This document shows, one piece after another, positions 17,740-23,913 of a stretch of DNA of 23,913 nucleotides. The notes beneath the pieces were generated by a model, which saw only the letters and a program-made list of their open reading frames with translations, did no database searches and was not told the origin of the DNA. Positions within the stretch are counted from its first letter, which is position 1, and each line of letters begins with the position of its first letter. The stretch spans positions 1 to 23,913 of the forward strand of contig JAHQXB010000058.1 in the NCBI GenBank assembly GCA_029856435.1, in the 5' to 3' direction. Both the position numbers and the translations under genes were made by a program. This DNA comes from Candidatus Jordarchaeia archaeon (GTDB taxonomy: Archaea; Asgardarchaeota; Jordiarchaeia; Jordiarchaeales; Jordiarchaeaceae).

Positions 17740-18045
17740 ACCCTACAAAGCCAACCAAAACACCTGAAAAATTTTTGAACCCTTATTTTTAAAGGCAACA
17801 GACTCAAGGAACACAAAATAAGCTCCCATAGCCAATATCAGTTGACACCCCTCACGACTAAGGGACTTACCTCATCATCAATAATTCTTGTAAAAGTGGA
17901 AAACAACTAGTCCTAAAAGTTAAAATTTCAACCTTTTTATCTCTTCGATTCCCTCGCCATCAGGCTAGAGACCAATTAAGGTTTTTGTGGTTAGATTTTT
18001 ATAGGGAGTTAGACAACGTTTCAATGTAATGGCATTCACGTTTTC

Positions 18046-20013
18046 TTGGAGGTGCCAACAATTAAAGAACTAATAAGTAGGGAAAAAGGCAAAAAAGTTG
18101 TGATGCTCGGGAACGAAGCCATGGCTCGAGGCGCACTAGAAGCTGGAATCGGCTTCGCAAGCACCTACCCCGGAACACCAGCCAGCGAAGTAGGAGACAG
18201 CATAGCCCAAGTAGCCGAACAAATACCAGGACTAACCTTCCAGTACTCCACCAACGAGTACGTGGCGCTAGAAAACGCCATAGGAGCCAGCTGGAGTGGA
18301 GTCCGAGCACTATGCGCTATGAAAATGGTGGGTATGAATGTTGCTGCTGATCCTCTGTTTACTCTTGCATATAGTGGTGTTACACCCACTGGCGGCCTCG
18401 TTATTATTAATGGTGGAGATCCCGCTGCGTTATCTAGTACTAATGAGCAGGATAATCGTTACTACGGCTTGCACGCCCGCATCCCTGTGGTGGAGCCAGC
18501 GAGTGTGCAGGAGAGCAAGGACTTTGTGGTTGAGGCGTTCAACATTTCTGAGAAATTCGATGTGCCCGTTATCGTGAATAGCACTGCAAGGGCCTGTCAC
18601 GCTGTGGGTGTAGTGGAGCTTGGAGAACTCAGGGATCCACCCAAAGAGGGACGTTTTGTTAAAAACTGGTCCAAGTACTATAACACTCTGGTTCTTGCAG
18701 TTATGAATCACCAGAAACTGATTAACAATCAAAACAAGATGATAAATGAGTACGCCCCAGTCACCAAACTAAACACCATACTGCCTGGCGACTCCAAAAC
18801 TGGAATCATAACTTCGGGAATGTCCTACAATTACACCTTGGAGGCTCTAGACGTTCTGGGAATATACGATGTGCCTATTCTGAAGCTGGGTTTGGTTTAT
18901 CCTCTTTCTCCAAAGCAAATTGTGGACTTCGCCTCAAAGCTGGAGCAGATTATTATTATGGAGGAACTCGACCCCTTCCTGGAGGGCGAGGTGAAAAAGA
19001 TAGCCTATGATCAAGGGCTGGAAATCCCCATAAGGGGAAAGGAGCTTTTCCCAGCAACTGGTGAACTAAACACCGATATTGCGGTGCAGGCTTACGCCAA
19101 GGTGTTCGGAAAAATTCCACCCATAGATATGAACGAGGTGAACTTGAAGGCTTTGGGTGCTTCAGCCATTCTGCCTATGAGAACCCCCACCATGTGTCCG
19201 GGCTGTCCCCATAGAGCAACCTACTATGCAATTAAGAAGGCCATTGAGGGCAAGAATTATGACGTAGTGTGGGCTAACGACATTGGCTGCTACGCGACGG
19301 GGGCTCTACCGCCTTTCCAGATGGGTGACTTTATGACTTGCATGTCTGCAGGCGAGAGCATCGCGGCGGGTATGAGCTATAAGGCGAAGAGCCAAAAGAT
19401 GGTAGCCTTCATTGGTGACTCAACCTTTCTACACACGGGAATCCCGGGGCTGCTAAATGCTGTGTGGAATGATGCAGACCTTCTCCTTGTAATAATGGAT
19501 AACCGTTGGACCGCTATGACCGGCCATCAACCCACCCCGGCGTCAGGTGTTAACTGGTCTGGGAAGCAAGCTAAGGCTGTGAGTATTAGAGACATAGTGT
19601 CTGCGCTGGGTGTGGACTATGTTCGGGTGGCGGATCCCTTCAACGTTAAGAACGCCATTGCCATATTTGAGGATGCACTGAAGAGAACCGGTGTGCGCGT
19701 AGTCATCTCCCAGCAGGAATGCCTTCTTGAAGCTAGGAGACGCAACAGAGCAGTCATAGAGGAAAAGAGAGAGAAGGGTGTAAGGCAATATATTGATGTT
19801 AATGAGGATGCTTGCATATTCTGCGAGGAGTGCATCAAGGAATTCGGCTGCCCAGCTTTGACCGTGGCCGAGTTTGAGGGAGAAAAGGTTTCCCACATAG
19901 ACCTGTCTAGGTGTGTAGAGTGTATGGTGTGCAAACAGCTCTGCAAGGGCTGCGCCATCACTGTCACAAAGGTCTGGCCTGGAACAACCATTCTGGAGGA
20001 AGGTAAGAAGTGA
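18046..20013 (+). CDS. iorA: Indolepyruvate:ferredoxin oxidoreductase alpha subunit
   Basis: LGNEAMARGALEAG, YPGTPASE, CPGCPHR, DIGCY, TPP motif GDSTFLHTG and a C-terminal 2x[4Fe-4S] domain (CIFCEEC...C, CVECMVCKQLC). The start could be GTG 18052. Confidence 0.95.
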   Translation: MEVPTIKELISREKGKKVVMLGNEAMARGALEAGIGFASTYPGTPASEVGDSIAQVAEQIPGLTFQYSTNEYVALENAIGASWSGVRALCAMKMVGMNVAADPLFTLAYSGVTPTGGLVIINGGDPAALSSTNEQDNRYYGLHARIPVVEPASVQESKDFVVEAFNISEKFDVPVIVNSTARACHAVGVVELGELRDPPKEGRFVKNWSKYYNTLVLAVMNHQKLINNQNKMINEYAPVTKLNTILPGDSKTGIITSGMSYNYTLEALDVLGIYDVPILKLGLVYPLSPKQIVDFASKLEQIIIMEELDPFLEGEVKKIAYDQGLEIPIRGKELFPATGELNTDIAVQAYAKVFGKIPPIDMNEVNLKALGASAILPMRTPTMCPGCPHRATYYAIKKAIEGKNYDVVWANDIGCYATGALPPFQMGDFMTCMSAGESIAAGMSYKAKSQKMVAFIGDSTFLHTGIPGLLNAVWNDADLLLVIMDNRWTAMTGHQPTPASGVNWSGKQAKAVSIRDIVSALGVDYVRVADPFNVKNAIAIFEDALKRTGVRVVISQQECLLEARRRNRAVIEEKREKGVRQYIDVNEDACIFCEECIKEFGCPALTVAEFEGEKVSHIDLSRCVECMVCKQLCKGCAITVTKVWPGTTILEEGKK

Positions 20014-20654
20014 AAAAGATTAACGTCTATATTTGTGGAGTTGGGGGACAGGGCACAATGACTCTGGGACAGCTTTTGAAGGAGGCCGGTCTCGTTGATG
20101 GTTTGGTGGTTACTGGTACTGAGTCTCGTGGCGCTTCGCAGCGTGAAGGTGCAGTAGATAGCCATGTGAGGTTCGCTGTTTTGGAGAAGGGTGAAAAGTT
20201 TAATGAGCGTAAGAGTATCCATTCTCCCCTTATTCCCATTCGGCAGGCCCAATTGTATTTGAGCATGGAGATGGCTGAGACTCTGCGAAACATCAAGTAC
20301 GTTGCAGAGGACGGCATAATCATCATGAATAACTATGAGATTTGGCCTCCTCAGGTTAGGACTGGCGAGATGCCCTACCCTTCGCTGGACAAAGTTGTGG
20401 AGAACTTGAAACAATTCAGTAAAAACGTGTACGTAGTTAATGCAAATAAGCTGTCTGAAGAAAGGTACGGTGACTATTCGGGGGTTAACATGATTTTTCT
20501 GGGTATAGCTATGGCTACGGGTAAGATTCCAGTTAGGGTTGAAACCTTGGAGAAAGTTATTCGGGAGCGAATGTGGAATCCGGAGAAAAGCATTGAACAG
20601 TTCAGGTTTGGCTTAGAAGAAGGAAAAAAGATTCTAGCAGCGGGACCAGCATAA
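20010..20654 (+). CDS. iorB: Indolepyruvate:ferredoxin oxidoreductase beta subunit
   Basis: GVGGQG, GASQREGAVDSHVR and NMIFLG; GTGA overlap with the iorA stop. Confidence 0.93.
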   Translation: MKKINVYICGVGGQGTMTLGQLLKEAGLVDGLVVTGTESRGASQREGAVDSHVRFAVLEKGEKFNERKSIHSPLIPIRQAQLYLSMEMAETLRNIKYVAEDGIIIMNNYEIWPPQVRTGEMPYPSLDKVVENLKQFSKNVYVVNANKLSEERYGDYSGVNMIFLGIAMATGKIPVRVETLEKVIRERMWNPEKSIEQFRFGLEEGKKILAAGPA

Positions 20655-21120
20655 CCTATTTTTTAAGGGGGGCAGGCGTTTTGCTCCAACTCCACCTCTA
20701 AAAAATTTTTAATTTTTGATTTGTCCTTTTTAGTAAAAAAAGGATTTTTTGTTTCGTAGGGTGATGCTCATTTTATCAGACTTTCGATGTAGTCTGGTTT
20801 TCAGATTGTTTTGGGAAGTTTCCGGAGTCCATTAGGCTTCCTTGTGTGTCGTTTATTTCGGCTGGATAACGTGTAAAATTTTTCGGCTTTCGCATGGGAT
20901 TTTTACTTCCACTGGAAGTTTTACTTCCTTTTTTTACTCTTTGAGGGGTAAAAGAAAATTCCTGGGCGAGAAACTGTTAATCACCTCATATTATCTGGTG
21001 GGTGCTGATAGGAAGTAACCGTGTTGATACATATAGTAAAAAAGGGATTAGGATAAAATCGGGAGTAGAATGAGGAAAATTAAATATTATTTCGTGGTAA
21101 TATTTTACAGGTGGTTCCAG

Positions 21121-21432
21121 TTGTCTAAAGATTTAATCAAGATTATATAGGAAGCCACTATGGGGGACAATGTTGACGAAGCCTTAACTCTCGTTTTGGG
21201 TGGATATACTTCTAAGAGAATTTCTAAGCGGGTATTAAAATGTTTGAGGAAAGTGTAGTACGTCATTTGAGAAGTACGAAGAGAGATTCGGTGTAGACAT
21301 TAGCCTGTCACATTGAGCATGAAATGGGTTATGCCATGTGGAGAGCATTACTAGATGAAAGGGAAGGATTGGAAAAAAGGTAGGGTAACTAAAATTGAGA
21401 TCAGAGAATTCGTAGAGGAAATGCTGGAGTAA
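21121..21432 (+). pseudogene. Decayed small protein, antitoxin-like archaeal hypothetical family
   Basis: TTG after AGGTGG. Joined frames give SKDLIKII*EATMGDNVDEALTLVL...MFEE.../SFEKYEERFGVD.../HEMGYAMWRALLDEREGLEKR; needs one stop and several frameshifts. Confidence 0.45.
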
Positions 21433-21530
21433 TTCAGTATATATGCGAGACCGAGATTTTGTTTAGTCACTTAGTATGTTTATGCTTTGATTAAGGGTTT
21501 AATTGTTTTGAGACTTCTATTTGTTATTGG

Positions 21531-22775
21531 TTAGTTTTTTGTGTAGCAGTATTTTGTTTCTTTGTATTGTTTTTTGAGTTGGATTACTTCTTCTTTTATT
21601 TTTTCGGGGTTTTCGTGTTTTATTATTGTGCGGGTTATTAGTTGGGCGATGTGTTCCATTTCGCTTTCTTTCATTCCTATTCTGGTGCATTCTTGTATGC
21701 CGAGCCTGATGCCTGAGGGATTTTCTGTGTTTTCGTCTTTGTCCCAAGGTAGGAGATTTTTGTTGCAGATGATGTTTGCTTTCTCCAGTGTTTCGGCTAC
21801 CTTTTTTCCTCCTCCTTGGTTTCTGACGTCTATTGCTATTTGGTGGGATTCTGTGAAGTCTTTGTGTTCGCATAGGACTTGGAAGCCTTTTTCGTAGAGG
21901 CTGCTGGCTAGTTTCTTGGAGTTTTTCTGTATTTGGTCTGCGTATTTTTCTCCAAACTCCAGTTCTTCAATTAGGGTTACTGCTAGGGAGGGGAGTCGGT
22001 AGAGGTGGTGGTTGGAAACTATTCCGGGAAAGATTGCCTGCGCCACCCTCTTTGATATTTCTTCATTGTTGGTGTAGACTATGCCGCCTTGGGGACCGGG
22101 GAAGGTTTTGTGACTGGATGTGGCGACTACATCTGCCCCTTCTGCTAGTGGCTCTTGGAACCTTTTTCCAGCGATTAGTCCTAATACGTGGGATGCGTCG
22201 TACAGGATTTTGGCGTCGTCTAATATTTCTTTGATTTCTTTTACGGGGTGGGGGAAGAGGTATAGGCTTCCCCCAAGGACTACCAGTTTGATTTTTTCCT
22301 TCTTTGTTATGAGCCTTAATTTTTCCACATCTATGTTCATTTCTTTGTGGTCAAATGGCATGTTTAGGGTTTTTAATCCTCTTAATCCCGCAGCCCCCAA
22401 TGGGGAGTGGCTGATGTGCCCTCCATCAGCGACTCGGAGGTTGGCTATTTGGTCTCCGGGCTGGGTTAGGGCGGAGAAAACGCAGAGGTTGGCCACAGAG
22501 CCTGAGATGGGGCGGGGGTCAAAGTACTTGCATCGGAAGAGTTTCTTACCTAACTCTGTTACTAGGGTTTCTATTTCGTCGACGTATTTTGTTCCTTGAT
22601 AGTATCTTTTGTAGGGTAGTCCTTCGGCGTATCGGTGCATCATGTCCGAGTTGAAGACTTCTATGGCTAGTGGACTCATTATGTTTTCGCTGGCGATTAG
22701 ATTTAGGCATTCGTCTTTTCTCCAAGTGTTATGTTTCTCGACCAGCTCAAGGGTTCTTTGGAGTTCAGACTTCAT
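21531..22775 (-). CDS. glyA: Serine hydroxymethyltransferase (archaeal type)
   Basis: NLIASEN, HRYAEG..KRYYQG, DGGHISH, YDASHVLGL, PLP-lysine motif SSHKTFPGPQGG and PSGIRLG. Confidence 0.96.
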   Translation of the reverse strand: MKSELQRTLELVEKHNTWRKDECLNLIASENIMSPLAIEVFNSDMMHRYAEGLPYKRYYQGTKYVDEIETLVTELGKKLFRCKYFDPRPISGSVANLCVFSALTQPGDQIANLRVADGGHISHSPLGAAGLRGLKTLNMPFDHKEMNIDVEKLRLITKKEKIKLVVLGGSLYLFPHPVKEIKEILDDAKILYDASHVLGLIAGKRFQEPLAEGADVVATSSHKTFPGPQGGIVYTNNEEISKRVAQAIFPGIVSNHHLYRLPSLAVTLIEELEFGEKYADQIQKNSKKLASSLYEKGFQVLCEHKDFTESHQIAIDVRNQGGGKKVAETLEKANIICNKNLLPWDKDENTENPSGIRLGIQECTRIGMKESEMEHIAQLITRTIIKHENPEKIKEEVIQLKKQYKETKYCYTKN

Positions 22776-22884
22776 ATTTTATTTCTCCAGTAAGAGAATA
22801 GTGAGATTAAAAGGTAGGGCGGATTAAAAATTTATCTCCTCTAATTTGTTAATAGAATAATATAAGTTTATTCGCATTTGGACG

Positions 22885-23697
22885 ATGGCCGATTTGAAGA
22901 TTGCAATGGCTCAAATAAATTCAACCGTGGGAGATTTGGCTGAAAACTTGAAAATAAAAGGTATGTTAATGATGCAAGTAGGCGCTATGCGGATTTGGTG
23001 GTGTTCCCGGAATTAACTGTTACAGGTTATCCGCCTCATGATTTGCTGCTTGAGAGAGCATTTGTGGAAGAGAGCAAGCATCTTCTTCTAAAGTTAATTT
23101 GAAAATAATGCAGTGGAAATAGAGGGAATAGTTGGCTTTTGATTATAGAGGAAAAAAGCTGTACAATGCTGCAGCCATTTTTCAGCGGAATAGGTTGGTA
23201 AATGCGATTTACAAAACCCTGTTGCCAACATATGATGTATTCGATGAGGATAGGTATTTTGAGCCTTTAAAAGAAGAGGAGATTAAGCCCACAAAAATGA
23301 ACAATTGGAGGGAGGGAGTTTAGTTTGAGGGGTGGAGATTTGTGAGTATCTCCGGGATGAGGGGTATGATATTAAGGTCACAAATTTGCTCGTGGGTGCA
23401 GTTAACTGAGTGTCACCTTTTGGGTGTATGTTTTTGGGCCGTTTCCTGCGTTCCCATATTAAAGCCCATTTTGAGTTACTGAGGGGTAGAAACGCCGAAA
23501 AGGGCGCCTCGGGAGTGTGATGAAAGCCGAAAAACAAATGACACGCAGCAGGTGACACCAAATTAATTGTGCCTTCTCGTGGACAGAGGGGCCAAACTGA
23601 TTGTTAATATTTCTGCTTCCCCCTTTTATGTTGAAAAACGGTTTGAAAGGGAAAGGCTGCTTAAGAGAAAAGGCCATTAAGAATAGGGTACCGTTAT
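22885..23697 (+). pseudogene. nadE: Glutamine-dependent NAD+ synthetase, glutaminase (nitrilase-like) domain; frameshifted and interrupted
   Basis: Segments in alternating frames: MADLKIAMAQINSTVGDLAEN / ADLVVFPELTVTGYPPHDLL / LYNAAA..YKTLLPTYDVFDEDRYFEP / EICEYL / GAKLIVNISASPFY. At least 4 frame breaks plus two insertions. Confidence 0.88.
23395..23573. mobile_element. 179-bp MITE-like element with 23-bp imperfect terminal inverted repeats and 8-bp target duplication
   Basis: Left end GGTGCAGTTAACTGAGTGTCACC versus reverse complement of the right end GGCACAATTAATTTGGTGTCACC (17/23 identical). Flanks are TGCTCGTG (23387-23394) and TTCTCGTG (23574-23581). Removing it restores nadE TNLLVDRGAKLIVN. 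Confidence 0.8.
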
Positions 23698-23913
23698 CGG
23701 ATAGTTAACATTTTATGACTATCCGTTCCACCTCGGCCCTAAGGGCTTCACTGGTGGCTTTCGGGGGCAACGGCCAAGCACCCCACATTGGGAGTTTTGT
23801 GGCTATGTTCCAGGCGGCGACCAGATGCCTATCCGCCTGGGAAGCCGCATCTCTTGCATTCATAGAGGCGCCCATTCGGCTTGTCAACTCCTCCACATAT
23901 CGGGCACTTCCTG
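23698..23913 (-). mobile_element. Right end of an IS200/IS605-family element: tnpB 3' end plus subterminal hairpin
   Basis: Hairpin CGGATAGT-CAT-AAA-ATG-TTA-ACTATCCG (23698-23725) overlaps the tnpB stop; nadE similarity ends at this junction. Confidence 0.75.
23705..23913 (-). pseudogene. tnpB: TnpB C-terminus (Zn ribbon + RuvC-III region), partial, with a +1 frameshift
   Basis: RKCPICGGVDKPNGRLYECKRCGF, then a frame change at the GGG run 23839-23841, then QADRHLVAAWNIATKLPMWGAWPLPP...IKC*. This matches the TnpB CxxC-CxxC-DRDxNAAxNI tail. Confidence 0.8.

Noticed and set aside
17840-17915. GTTGACACCCCTCACGACTAAGGGAC, reminiscent of IS200/IS605 or HEARO-type ends
   Set aside because: Similarity is short, the hairpin is weak, and no partner end or transposase remnant is nearby.
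19617-20414. 265-aa minus ORF and other long antisense ORFs over iorAB, glyA, the thiolases and the ligases
   Set aside because: They lie opposite well-supported genes and carry no domain motifs.
20770-20930. Small hairpins after iorB (CAGACT/AGTCTG; ACTTCC/GGAAGT)
   Set aside because: Six-bp stems are expected by chance; no recognisable RNA family.
21148-21150. In-frame TAG as possible pyrrolysine codon
   Set aside because: The same ORF also needs several frameshifts, so decay explains it better.
23099-23145. TGA codons in nadE as possible Sec recoding
   Set aside because: They arise from frameshifts and do not align with Cys positions.
1-23913. CRISPR array, tRNA or rRNA genes
   Set aside because: No regularly spaced repeats, cloverleaf or rRNA-like segments were seen by eye.

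Overview
Archaeal DNA, judging from a tungsten-type AOR, IorAB, archaeal-type GlyA and BRE/TATA-like promoters. A Sec-recoded peroxiredoxin-like gene suggests a selenocysteine-using lineage such as Asgard archaea (inference). Left end: a secreted-protein start running off the window, a UGA-containing peroxiredoxin-like gene with a UxxC motif (675-1133, minus) that the ORF track missed, a candidate 3' SECIS hairpin, a BKACE-family enzyme and two tandem TPR paralogs. Centre: an acyl-CoA catabolic neighbourhood with two acyl-CoA synthetases, a crotonase lacking both catalytic glutamates, AOR, two thiolase-fold proteins lacking the thiolase catalytic residues plus two DUF35 Zn-ribbon/OB-fold proteins (Ltp3/Ltp4-like aldolase module), an IDI-like NUDIX protein, a novel tandem Zn-finger protein and iorAB. 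Right end: a decayed small gene, glyA, and a frameshifted glutamine-dependent nadE interrupted by a 179-bp MITE and by a tnpB (IS200/IS605) element. Best leads: the hidden selenoprotein with its atypical SECIS candidate, and a possible retro-aldol plus AOR route for acyl-CoA chain cleavage. Functional calls come from motif recognition only; no database searches were run.
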